Assembly (NCBI GenBank): GCA_040377305.1
Contig: JBEIPA010000001.1
Location: 108,807-172,806 of the forward strand
Length of the DNA: 64,000 bases
Direction: 5' to 3'
DNA from: Flavobacteriales bacterium
GTDB lineage: Bacteria > Bacteroidota > Bacteroidia > Palsa-965
This document shows, in pieces, positions 56,701-64,000 of the stretch (position 1 is the stretch's first letter; each line of letters opens with the position of its first letter). Under the pieces are notes generated by a model that was given only the letters and a program-made list of their open reading frames with translations, was not told the DNA's origin and did no database searches. The translations under genes and the position numbers were made by a program.

Positions 56701-57985
56701 TGCGACCTGGCTTACAAGTTACCGTGCGCGCCATTCCTGTTCCAGCAGTCCAGTTCATATTCATACCAGTTGGAGTAACAGAACTGAATGAGATACCTGA
56801 CGATGCAACGATCGGATGTGTGGCATTTGTTGTACGGTAATTGTAGCCGTAACCTGAATAATAATTCGTAGTTGGATTATACGTACCTGTAGATCCGTTG
56901 TAGTCAAATACACGAATGGTGTAACTTGTTTCCTGCGAGAGGTTATTTACACGAACGGAATTTCCTGATCCGTTGTAGACAACATAACTGTTACCAATCA
57001 TTTGACCGGAACCGTAGTTGGAATTCGCCGTGTAAATTGTTGCGTCAACAGGAACGTCAAACGATGAAGTACTATTCATCAATACAAGATGATTCGCACC
57101 ACCGCCGGTTAAAGCGTTACACCAACTCAGTGTAAATGCATCGTCTTCTGCGTCGCGGGTTTCCACATTCGTCACAGCAGCAGTTGGTTCACTGGCCAGC
57201 GTTGTGAATCCTTCGGTAGGATAACTTGTAAGGAGATAGTTGTTCTGGCCCGATGTTCCGTCGAACGTAAAGGCATTCGCAGTATAATTCGTTTGAGGGG
57301 ATAGCCCGGTTACGTTTACGCTGGTCAATGTTCCGTCATAAACAACGTAAGAATAATAAAACGGCGACCCGAGCGCATCCCCTGATCCATAAATCGAAGA
57401 AGCATAATAATCAATACCATCGGTTGGGCTGTATGTATTTGTAGTTCCATAACGTACGCCAACTAATTCACGAGAACCACTTCCTGCAGTCCAGCTTAAC
57501 GTAGCACCGCTGCTCGTAAAGTTGGATGATGTAAGAGCAGTACACTGAGTCACCGGTTGCGCAACCAGTGCGTACTGTCCATCACTTCCATAAGGTGAAG
57601 TCGTGAAATTCGGTGATGTTGAAGTTCCTGTGTACTCCCAGACAGCAACCGTGTAATAGCTTCCCGACGTTAAACCATAAATCGTAAGTGAACTAGCCGT
57701 CCCTTTATAAACTGCATAGTTATTGTTTCCGATGTTTTGTCCAGAACCAAAAGTTGTGCTTGTTGGTGTGTAGTTGGTGAAATCTACCGGATAGGAAACA
57801 CTATTCGGAGAGGCTCTAACAGTGACTAAACGTCCGGTTCCTGAACCGTTGGTCCAACTAACCGTAAATTGGGTTGTCTGAATATTAGTGAAAACGAAGT
57901 TCGAGGCTGCAGTCAGCTGCGCTGAAACTTCAACACTAATGAACAAGAAAATAAAGAGCGCGAGGAGGGTACGAATTTGTTTCAT
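50723..57985 (-). CDS. giant (2420 aa) T9SS-secreted adhesin-like surface protein: FN3-like repeats, LamG domain, IPT/TIG, seven FG-GAP repeats, PKD domain, seven PKD-like ~77-aa repeats, FN3, T9SS C-terminal sorting domain
   Basis: Signal peptide. FG-GAP motifs DMDGDGKNDQIV, DFDGDGKLDILVG, DFNNDGKPDLAVG, DFDGDGRHDIAVG, DFNMDGKQDIVAS. LamG region LMFDGSNDYINVPW...GLIDEVRVWNTARS. PKD motif WTWTFSG. Repeats with the Cys pattern TVCxGxTGVxYSV...NWTLPxGATI...G.N.CG.G. The C-terminus is YPNPTTSLITIV...GAYTIVITAGD. Confidence 0.85.
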   Translation of the reverse strand: MKQIRTLLALFIFLFISVEVSAQLTAASNFVFTNIQTTQFTVSWTNGSGTGRLVTVRASPNSVSYPVDFTNYTPTSTTFGSGQNIGNNNYAVYKGTASSLTIYGLTSGSYYTVAVWEYTGTSTSPNFTTSPYGSDGQYALVAQPVTQCTALTSSNFTSSGATLSWTAGSGSRELVGVRYGTTNTYSPTDGIDYYASSIYGSGDALGSPFYYSYVVYDGTLTSVNVTGLSPQTNYTANAFTFDGTSGQNNYLLTSYPTEGFTTLASEPTAAVTNVETRDAEDDAFTLSWCNALTGGGANHLVLMNSTSSFDVPVDATIYTANSNYGSGQMIGNSYVVYNGSGNSVRVNNLSQETSYTIRVFDYNGSTGTYNPTTNYYSGYGYNYRTTNATHPIVASSGISFSSVTPTGMNMNWTAGTGMARTVTCKPGRRPTALMFDGSNDYINVPWSTTLQPSNVTLEAWAYRTNWNTSVTSQYLAGNGENGGYYMAQIGSNMYFSAYRNGGWGQLYTSVTNLTPGWHHFSMTYDGRYLRSFIDGAQYGINDAGLNASITYAYNNSFMIGADVGTASTPTASTYWSGLIDEVRVWNTARSGGNIDYDRWISLYGYESNLIGYWRMDEGMSGGSSVANTSQTLANLTGTMMNMTTAVASSYTGSSGWVWSSSPVSQPSDFYSYNASSIFGSGTRIGNNTYTIYNGFNNTASVNGLSPNSYYTFTITEYDYGSGNNYNYDTPRMYVVETQTGAQSVPTITLMSPTSGSAGTLVTITGTNFSTNANDNFVYFGATRAAVSSATATQLQVIAPYGANNNPVSVQVNGLTATYTREFNITSSCSNPINVSSFTTSTISSYGNTYGIALKDGSGDGKTDMYIAGYGSSYVNGFIGQSANGINPPTFVNYTNYVPNNSYYVEVADMDGDGKNDQIVSQLSNNTISVYRGSGFSFTGGRVDLPLSATPGQVRAADFDGDGKLDILVGYDGSWNLISVYRNTSTNFNLTFAARQDFATAGTPYSIIARDMDLDGKADIVYGNMNTNSFVAMENNSTVGNISFGAAQTFTTTGGANVMSIAAGDFNNDGKPDLAVGCNNTSVRIYQNNSTAAISFTFSGSLAVANANCYGLTCNDFDGDGRHDIAVGYSSGTTVSVFEATGNYTFAARIDYTLPGASFQLNSGDFNMDGKQDIVASSTAGSTYVLTNDLDPLASEPTTPASALTLTGQTQTAMTLNFTAGNGFSRVVVAREGSPIVNTPFDGMGYAANTVFGSGTNLGGATYCVYNGTGNSVTITGLTSNTNYYFAVYEYNSNGSGCTNNYLLTSATTSGATLNTPPTIGAISNPSAICQNSGVQVVNFGGVGTGSAGETQTLTVTAASSNPGLIPNPTVSYTSPNANGSMTYTPVVGQYGTAVITVTVNDGATNNNITTTTFTVTVSQLPSTSNAGPDQNICIGTATLAANVPTVGTGQWSVFATNDPSITNGNITNVNAANTTLNGLTTGDIVTLRWTITNGTCAPSTDNVIITMGSCPLTAQFTWAPSTICATPSQINNISFTDQSFAPSTTITSWTWTFSGPTTPNPSSSTQQNPSNIQFTGPGSFTVTLAITDNAAGNSQVTHTITIAPYPASAGAVSGTSTVCQGQTLVPFSVAAIANATSYNWTLPSGATIASGSGTNNILVDFSNVATSGFVQVQGSNTCGVGASSAPFNVTVLPLPGTTSSISGPLSVCQGQSGVVYSTSGIANATSYTWTLPPGATIVGNPNASTITVDFSANASGGTVDVVGTNSCGTGSSSVGLTISMNPLPDVAGTISGNTTVCEGTTGVVYSVPSILNATTYNWTLPPGVVITNGAGTNSITTDFTNATGSGNITVSGVNSCGTGTSANLAITVGLLPDSSTAITGPTTVCAGATGVQYSVTSITGASNYNWTLPVGATIVVDNGNSITVDFSPTASSGPVTVYGTNVCGNGAMGPGITLTVNPLPDTTTTISGPATVCEGDTAVVFTVPAAANATDYIWSLPVGAIVTAGANTNSITVTFNLNSQSGAVYVNGNNACGTGVAADTLQVTVNPLPVGAGTVSGPGNIAICPAATGVTFTVPAITNATTYTWNLPAGSTIVSGSGTNTITVDFVSSASSGAVVVYGVNGCGSGDSAFLNFAVDAVTPVDICMVTVDGPSNWNNIMWEKPTATDIDSFRIYREITSNTYQVVGTVDYDSLSLFVDSIYVPIANPNTTFQRYKISAIDSCGNESPLSNHHRTLFMQASIGVGGEANLNWTMYEGQTVDYYRILRDSTLAGNWEVIDSVPGTNFVYTDWTPPVTVTQCRYRIQTVWQVSCTPTRNINTSESNLEDLIVNGVNDHNASFPVQLYPNPTTSLITIVTPSSSEGITYEVMDATGRIVMAKKENSGSNGSQVTQLDLSGLADGAYTIVITAGDLKQHEKVILQK
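51560..53175 (-). repeat. seven tandem ~230-bp coding repeats (PKD-like Ig units) inside the giant gene; boundaries approximate
   Basis: Repeated protein units each ending ...NWTLPxGATIxxGxGTNxITVDF...G.NxCG.G. They explain the cluster of antisense ORFs in the six-frame track. Confidence 0.5.
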
Positions 57986-58182
57986 GTATTAGGCCAGGTT
58001 GAATGGGGCTTAAGTGTATTAGGTTTTAACAAAGGAAAGGTACTAATTTGTCTGTTTTGTGTCACCCATTCACCGTTAAAACGAAACAATTCATCGAAGG
58101 TTTCAGTGAACTTATGAGCAATTGCTGAAAACACCGCATCTCTTTATTTTTACCTTTGTTTCAGCGCAAAATTCCGCCAAAA

Positions 58183-61100
58183 ATGCCCATCCGTCGGTTG
58201 TTAATTTTATTGTCTTTTTTGTTGTCGGCGGCGTGGCTTCAGGCGCAACAATACAATCTCAAAGTTTATGGAACCCGTGACGGTCTGGCTAATTCCATCG
58301 TTAAGGCCATCTACATGGATTCCAAAGGGTATCTATGGTTTGGCACGCAAGGTGGATTGAGCCGTTTCGACGGACAAACGTTCGTAAACTACAGTGACAA
58401 AGATGGGTTGCCAGGGAATGACATTACCTGTGTTACTGAAGACAAGAAAGGTAATATCTGGATTGGCACTTATGGTTTCGGTATTGCGAAATTTGACGGA
58501 CAGAAGTTCACCGTTTACAATGACACGTCGGGATTAAGCGACAATACCGTTTACAATATTCTGTGTGACGATCAAGGAATTCTGTGGATCACCACCTTTA
58601 ATGGCGGCATCAACAAGTACGACGGATCGACTTTTACTACATTCGGAACAAAAACCGGATTACTAACGGACCAGTTTCTGAAGTGCGGTCAGGGTCGCGG
58701 GGGAAACATCTGGTTCGGTACCAAAGGGAAGGGCGTTTATCGCTACGATGGAACCAACTTCGTTAACTACGGAACATCTGACAGTCTAAGTTCGCCATCC
58801 TACTACTGCGCTTACACAGATACAAAAGGCCAAACATGGTTTGGGTCTTTGAAGAGCGGAATCGATGTTGTGAATTCCGACTACAAATTCTCCCACATGG
58901 ATTTGCCGGAAGTTGAAGGCGGACTCATTTCTGCGATTGTAGAAGATCGTCGTGGTAATATGTGGATCGCAGGTAAGAAAGGTTTGCTCAAATACAATTC
59001 ACGTGAGCGGATGCTTTTCACAGAAAATCATGGTCTGCCTTCGAATTCAATATATGCAATCTGCGAAGATTACGAAGGCAATATTTGGGTTGGAACGTCA
59101 GGTGGTGTTTGTCTTTTCCGCAATGAAGCATTCGTTACCTATACCGAGCACGAAGGACTAACAAAAAGTAAAGTCACGGCATACTTCAACGACAGTAAAG
59201 GCAATTGCTTTGTTGGAATGTATGGCGGTGGTGTTGGAATCCTTAAGGACAATACAATTACACCGCTTCCGATTAAGGAACTTGATGGACAACTCGTGAT
59301 GGCATTTTCAGAAGATGCCTCAGGACAAATCTGGGTTGGTTCCGAAGGTAATGTGAACGGCGTTGTAGTCATTGCACAGAAAGGTGACACATGGGGATTG
59401 GTCAGGACAATTCCGATTATAGAAGGAAGAGGACTGAAAACAATTCCTAGAATAATACGCGATCGAAATAACAATATGTGGGTTGCGTCTTATGGTGCCG
59501 GTGCAGTTTGCTTTAAGCAGGACGGATCCTACTCTTTGTATCGCGACAGTATGAATCTTCCGAGCGGAAATGTTTTAACCGTATACGAAGATCAGATCGG
59601 TAACATCTGGCTCGGAATGTATCAGGCAGGGATTGCTAAGATTGATATGAGCGGGAAAGTTACGCTCATGGATGAAGATGACGGACTTGGAGATAATTCG
59701 ATCTGGTGTATCTCAGAAAGTCCATCCGGAGAGATTTTATTCGGCACGAACGATAATGGAATCAGTATTTACAACGGATCGACATTCACAACCATCAACT
59801 CCTCGAATGGCTTGTGTTCCAATTTGATCTACGCCTTGGTAATCGACAAAGAAAACAGAATCTGGGCCGGAACGAATAAGGGCGTGAACAGAATTTCTCT
59901 TGGAAAAGATTTCGCTGTAACCGCTGTGAAATATTTTGGTGAGAAAGAAGGTTTACGCGGAACCGAAGTTTCACAACACTGTCTTTACATTGACCCGAAC
60001 AATTTACTCTGGATCGGAACAGAAAACGGTTTGATTCGTTACAATCCGATTTTTGATTATGTCAATGACAATCCACCGAAATTACAACTCAACAACATTC
60101 GCCTCAATTATAACGTGGTTGACTGGACGAAGTATGTTGATTCCGTTGACACGCGTACATTATTGCCAGTAAATCCTATTCTTAGTTATCGCGACAATCA
60201 CTTAACGTTCGACTTCCAGGCATTGACCACTGACTTTGTGCAGTATCAGTTCATGCTCGAAGGACTCGACACTGAGTGGTCTCCATGGACATCGAATACG
60301 AGTGCTTCGTATCCGAACATTCCATCCGGCCGAACATACACCTTCCGTTTGAAAGCGGTGAACAGTGATGGCTTTGAGAGCAAAGATGTAATATCGTATA
60401 CGTTCACGATTGAACCGCCGTTCTGGGAAACGTGGTGGTTTTATACTTTATGTGTGATTGTAGTACTCCTCGGTGTTGTGTCCTTCATTCGCTGGAGAAC
60501 TTCACGACTTGAGTTGGAGAAAAAGGTTCTCGAAGAAAAAGTAGAAGAGCGAACTCACGAGTTGAGTCTTGCAAACACGCAGCTTTCTGCAGCATATAAT
60601 GACATTACTGACAGTATCAACTACGCGAAACGTATACAGCAGGCCATGTTACCGCCTGCATCTGAAATCAGAAAAGTTCTTCCTGAGCATTTCATCTTTT
60701 TCAAGCCACGTGACATTGTGAGTGGTGACTTTTATTGGTTCTTCCAGAAAGAAAACAGAACATATATCGCTGCAATTGACTGCACAGGTCACGGTGTACC
60801 GGGTGCGTTCATGAGTATCATAGGCAATTCATTGCTGAATGAAATCATGAATGAAGAAGAGCTAGTTGATCCGGCTTCGATTATGAATTTGTTGCGCGAG
60901 AAACTGATTGTTTCACTTCGCCAGCAAGGAACTGATGCGGAAAGTAAAGACGGAATGGACATGGTGATGGCGTGCATTGATCGCAACAGCAACGTGGTAA
61001 CTTTTGCTGGTGCGAATAACCCGTTGTACCATTTCTCCGGAACCACATTTACAGAGTACAAAGGAGACAAGATGCCGATTGGTGTTTACACGGGAACCGA

Positions 61101-61353
61101 CCGCTCATTTACAAACAAGGAAATTCCACTGGTAAAAGGTGATGTAATCTATCTGATCACAGATGGTTATCCGGATCAGTTCGGCGGCCCTGCAGGAAAG
61201 AAATTCCTTTACACGCGCTTCAAGCAATTCCTGGCAGAGATTACCAATGCGCAGATGTCATCGCAGAAAGACACAATCGGCAGTCGCTTTGATGAATGGA
61301 AGGGTATGAATGATCAGGTCGATGATGTGCTTGTAATTGGCATCAGATTATAG
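58183..61353 (+). CDS. sensor protein: periplasmic two-component-regulator-propeller (Reg_prop/Y_Y_Y) repeats – TM helix – coiled coil – SpoIIE/PP2C phosphatase domain
   Basis: The ATG at 58183 (MPIRRLLILLSFLLSAAWLQAQ) is preferred over the TTG at 58156. About 13 repeats of the form GxxWxGTxxGGLxxYDG. TM helix WWFYTLCVIVVLLGVV. PP2C core DIVSGDFYWF...AAIDCTGHGVPGAFMS...TDGYPDQFG...VDDVLVIGI. Confidence 0.8.
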   Translation: MPIRRLLILLSFLLSAAWLQAQQYNLKVYGTRDGLANSIVKAIYMDSKGYLWFGTQGGLSRFDGQTFVNYSDKDGLPGNDITCVTEDKKGNIWIGTYGFGIAKFDGQKFTVYNDTSGLSDNTVYNILCDDQGILWITTFNGGINKYDGSTFTTFGTKTGLLTDQFLKCGQGRGGNIWFGTKGKGVYRYDGTNFVNYGTSDSLSSPSYYCAYTDTKGQTWFGSLKSGIDVVNSDYKFSHMDLPEVEGGLISAIVEDRRGNMWIAGKKGLLKYNSRERMLFTENHGLPSNSIYAICEDYEGNIWVGTSGGVCLFRNEAFVTYTEHEGLTKSKVTAYFNDSKGNCFVGMYGGGVGILKDNTITPLPIKELDGQLVMAFSEDASGQIWVGSEGNVNGVVVIAQKGDTWGLVRTIPIIEGRGLKTIPRIIRDRNNNMWVASYGAGAVCFKQDGSYSLYRDSMNLPSGNVLTVYEDQIGNIWLGMYQAGIAKIDMSGKVTLMDEDDGLGDNSIWCISESPSGEILFGTNDNGISIYNGSTFTTINSSNGLCSNLIYALVIDKENRIWAGTNKGVNRISLGKDFAVTAVKYFGEKEGLRGTEVSQHCLYIDPNNLLWIGTENGLIRYNPIFDYVNDNPPKLQLNNIRLNYNVVDWTKYVDSVDTRTLLPVNPILSYRDNHLTFDFQALTTDFVQYQFMLEGLDTEWSPWTSNTSASYPNIPSGRTYTFRLKAVNSDGFESKDVISYTFTIEPPFWETWWFYTLCVIVVLLGVVSFIRWRTSRLELEKKVLEEKVEERTHELSLANTQLSAAYNDITDSINYAKRIQQAMLPPASEIRKVLPEHFIFFKPRDIVSGDFYWFFQKENRTYIAAIDCTGHGVPGAFMSIIGNSLLNEIMNEEELVDPASIMNLLREKLIVSLRQQGTDAESKDGMDMVMACIDRNSNVVTFAGANNPLYHFSGTTFTEYKGDKMPIGVYTGTDRSFTNKEIPLVKGDVIYLITDGYPDQFGGPAGKKFLYTRFKQFLAEITNAQMSSQKDTIGSRFDEWKGMNDQVDDVLVIGIRL

Positions 61354-61430
61354 AACGCGGATTTTTGACGTACGCAGTGTGCTATTCTTTTAAAGCGATT
61401 TCCCGGGTAAATTGAAAGTGTCTGAATTGG

Positions 61431-61468
61431 ATCGACGCGGTTTTTTTTTTGCGCGCAAAAAAATCGCC
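61431..61468. terminator. T10-GCGCGC-A7 palindrome between convergent genes (weak, A/T-stem hairpin)
   Basis: ggTTTTTTTTTTGCGCGCAAAAAAAtcgcc. Confidence 0.3.
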
Positions 61469-61571
61469 AACTAACCAGCTTCTCTCATAAAATCTAACAA
61501 CTGAACGGAGTATTTATCGGACTGATCCAACTAGAAACGCTAACAAGTAACGTACATAAAAATCCGCGTTC

Positions 61572-62126
61572 CTATTTCCGCCATGAGTAAACATTCTTCA
61601 CCGCTACCCACTTCCCATTCTTCCACTGAAAAAGTGTTGCGCCACCGTTCCCGCACATTGCACCACACTGGAATGCAGTATACACTATTGCAGACATTCC
61701 GTCTTTCGACATAAGCGGTTTGCTAACCTCGAAGAAACCATGATTCTGTTTTTTGAAATATGCTGTCCATGCTTTCTTCGCTTTCTTGGCGCTCAGCGCA
61801 CTGTTGGGCAAAATAGCTGATGCCAGAACAACAGCACCTGCAATTGAATCTTTACTCCACAACGCGTGCTCATTCTTGTTCAGTTGCTGACGCATGTATG
61901 CCATATCACCTGAAGTGATAAAGTTTCCGCGCACAAGATCATTCAGGAATGAAGAATCACCATCCGCATCACCCGACAAGTAGCACATCACTGAATCGCG
62001 CAGCAGGAATGTGTCCGGTGCTGTTGCGTTTTGCAGTGCGGTTTTTAGGAGTGTAGTGCGGGATTGGGAGTATCCCTGGATTGCGAAAGCTGCAATGATG
62101 GTAATGAGAATAGAAATTTTCTTCAT
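61572..62126 (-). CDS. hypothetical secreted protein
   Basis: 184 aa. Signal peptide MKKISILITIIAAFAIQGYSQ. No recognisable domain. Confidence 0.45.
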   Translation of the reverse strand: MKKISILITIIAAFAIQGYSQSRTTLLKTALQNATAPDTFLLRDSVMCYLSGDADGDSSFLNDLVRGNFITSGDMAYMRQQLNKNEHALWSKDSIAGAVVLASAILPNSALSAKKAKKAWTAYFKKQNHGFFEVSKPLMSKDGMSAIVYTAFQCGAMCGNGGATLFQWKNGKWVAVKNVYSWRK

Positions 62127-62163
62127 GCAGCAAAATTAGCAATTATCAAGTGTGTTAACCTTT

Positions 62164-63606
62164 TCAGAATCTGCACTTGTACAACTTCAGACTCAACTGA
62201 GTCGAGTTTTCAGGAATTGTTAATGCGTACAGGTAAAAGTATCCGGCATATGCATACTGCAAGTGAAATGTAGAGCCGATATCTGCTCGTCTTTGCCTTA
62301 ACATTAACTCTTGGTCCCTACTAACCGGTCTACCGTAGAGCGAAGTCATTCCAGACTTCATGTGGAGTGTGGTGGATAAATTATATTTTTCCACAACTCG
62401 ATTATCCGATAGTAGCTCGTAACAGTACAACCTTTGCCAACTGGAAACGACGAACTGCAATTTGCTTTTTTCATTAGGGTTTATCATAATATAATCTGGC
62501 AAAGGCTCAGCCCTTACCTCCTTAGGCTTGAATGGAGAAATAATGGTATCAAAAGCGATTCCCTTATCACCAAACCTTTGGATGTGGACCGAATGGTCTG
62601 TAACCCACCCCAGAGAATCCAATTCATGGAAATAAACAGAATACCGTATGTCTGGTTGGCAGTCAGCACCCGAAACATCAAGAGCACCCGCATAAAAATT
62701 GCTGCCACTTAAGTAAGAGTATCGAAGACCCGAAGGCTGTCCCGGCGTGTTATACTCGAAAAAATTAATTCTCCCGCAACTCAATACATAAGGGTTCCTG
62801 AAAATAAATTTAGGTGGATCGATAATGGCACTCATGGTCACTTTGCCATCTTGAAAAACAGCCACCTTGCTGACATCAGTCGCTAGGTTTCTTTTGCTCT
62901 TCTTCGGAATATAGACCAGGTGAACATAAACATGATCAGAAAGATTACTGGTATGGATGAGATCAACACTACTAAGATAATGGCCATCCACGTCTTCCAG
63001 AACAACGTCCTTTCCAAACACTTTCGCTAAACTCAAATCAAAGACCTTCATGATAGGCCAATAGCTCGAACCTGTAACATCACCTGTGGCGGGACTTCTA
63101 TTTAGATCTCCTTCCCTAAAAGTCAGATACAGAAAATTGTTAGCTACGATAAATCTCAGATTCTGTCGCAACATCCATCGGTCGTAAATTATCCTAGTAG
63201 TGGCAGATTTACGACTAACATCGTATGTAATGAGTGCAGCTTCTCTGGTTTTAGCCATCTGAGGCATAACTAAAAAGTACACGATATTTCCATTTACGTA
63301 CTTATATACATCCAACACACGGAATGGTAGATTTACAACAGTGGTAGTTTGTCTGAATGCAGTATCGAAATGGCAAAGCAGAAAATTTTTAGAGGTAAAG
63401 AACATCCCCATTCCAGAAGAACCGGTATTCTGCTCTGCACCATAAAGAATGAACCCACTCTCACCACAGGTCACCATATCAGCTGCGCCATCAACACTTC
63501 CCCACGCAAACATTGTAGTGTCCCAACTAAGGGAGTCAACGATTTGAGATTTAACATTGACTCCTAGAGTCAACATCAGTACAAGAACAAGGAGATATTT
63601 TTTCAC
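62164..63606 (-). CDS. hypothetical secreted protein
   Basis: The GTG at 63606 gives MKKYLLVLVLMLTLGVNVKSQ as a signal peptide. The ATG at 63660 would add 18 non-signal residues. No recognisable domain. Confidence 0.4.
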   Translation of the reverse strand: MKKYLLVLVLMLTLGVNVKSQIVDSLSWDTTMFAWGSVDGAADMVTCGESGFILYGAEQNTGSSGMGMFFTSKNFLLCHFDTAFRQTTTVVNLPFRVLDVYKYVNGNIVYFLVMPQMAKTREAALITYDVSRKSATTRIIYDRWMLRQNLRFIVANNFLYLTFREGDLNRSPATGDVTGSSYWPIMKVFDLSLAKVFGKDVVLEDVDGHYLSSVDLIHTSNLSDHVYVHLVYIPKKSKRNLATDVSKVAVFQDGKVTMSAIIDPPKFIFRNPYVLSCGRINFFEYNTPGQPSGLRYSYLSGSNFYAGALDVSGADCQPDIRYSVYFHELDSLGWVTDHSVHIQRFGDKGIAFDTIISPFKPKEVRAEPLPDYIMINPNEKSKLQFVVSSWQRLYCYELLSDNRVVEKYNLSTTLHMKSGMTSLYGRPVSRDQELMLRQRRADIGSTFHLQYAYAGYFYLYALTIPENSTQLSLKLYKCRF

Positions 63607-63785
63607 TGTAAGCAAGTTAGTAAGGCTACATATTCCTTCTATACTGCCCACCAACTTCAAACATCGGTTCCATAATCAGTGCAAGCGAACAATACTTCAC
63701 CGCTTGAATTAACTTACCAATACCATTCTGGACAATACAGCGAGAAACAAAGCGAATTTCCTTTTGATGCTAAATTAGCAATTAT

Positions 63786-64000
63786 CAAGCCGCTTTGCGC
63801 TGATCTGCCGTCCACAGATGTGGCCATAATTCGGATGATTTGCAGAAGCCATGTTCAACCGGATTCTGGCGAATGTAATTTAATACACGCGACACATCTT
63901 GTTCCCCTGCCAGATGAATGCGGCAAACTGAACTCTGAAACAATCTGCCCTTTCGGAAATGCCGTTTGTTAATTGCTTTGGCGTAACCGTTTTGAAAATT
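63786..64000 (-). CDS. IS200/IS605-like (Y1/RAYT-type) transposase, C-terminal fragment; start lies beyond window edge
   Basis: Minus-strand frame open from the window edge to the TGA at 63786-63788. Translation is ...YAKAINKRHFRKGRLFQSSVCRIHLAGEQDVSRVLNYIRQNPVEHGFCKSSELWPHLW. The LNYIRQNPVEHGF segment resembles the conserved YIxxNPVKAGLV C-terminal region of IS200-like transposases. Confidence 0.4.

Noticed and set aside
63679-63972. 97-aa plus-strand ORF at the right edge.
   Set aside because: It lies antisense to the IS200-like transposase reading frame, and its translation has no recognisable features.
1-64000. Search for tRNA, rRNA and tmRNA signatures (GGTTCGAATCC-type T-arm, 16S/23S conserved blocks).
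   Set aside because: None found in the intergenic regions. The only GGTTCGA string, at 38717, is part of a terminator hairpin.

Overview
This window looks like a chromosomal segment from a Bacteroidota genome, probably of the Chitinophagia or Sphingobacteriia type. The evidence is many secreted proteins ending in type IX secretion (T9SS) C-terminal sorting domains, a TonB-dependent receptor, WG- and TPR-repeat proteins, PAS/LuxR/SpoIIE signalling modules and frequent TTG/GTG starts. About 85% of the window is coding. No rRNA, tRNA or CRISPR array was recognised.

Main content, left to right:
- A truncated ACE-like M2 peptidase.
- A putative extracellular-DNA scavenging locus: a lamin-tail-domain T9SS protein, a TonB-dependent receptor and a T9SS endonuclease I.
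- Two M23/LysM peptidase paralogues.
- Two adjacent two-component systems.
- A PBP4 gene and an ECF sigma factor transcribed divergently, with a His/Gly/Cys-rich membrane protein next to the sigma factor.
- Four tandem same-strand ~500-aa paralogues (38762-45088), the most unusual feature. Each has a signal peptide and a C-terminal TM anchor, and each is preceded by a conserved intergenic element built from ATCATNNN octamer repeats. They share a conserved scaffold interrupted by abruptly non-homologous cassette segments. This is a candidate surface-protein diversification array.
- A Kazal-domain T9SS protein.
- A 2420-aa T9SS adhesin-like giant (FN3, LamG, FG-GAP, PKD and seven PKD-like repeats), flanked by two SpoIIE/PP2C phosphatase genes.
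- Several structured intergenic inverted repeats, including a 12-mer (GGAGACGGGAGT) present as inverted pairs at two separate loci.
- An IS200/IS605-like transposase fragment at the right edge.

All family assignments come from motifs read by eye; no database search was run.
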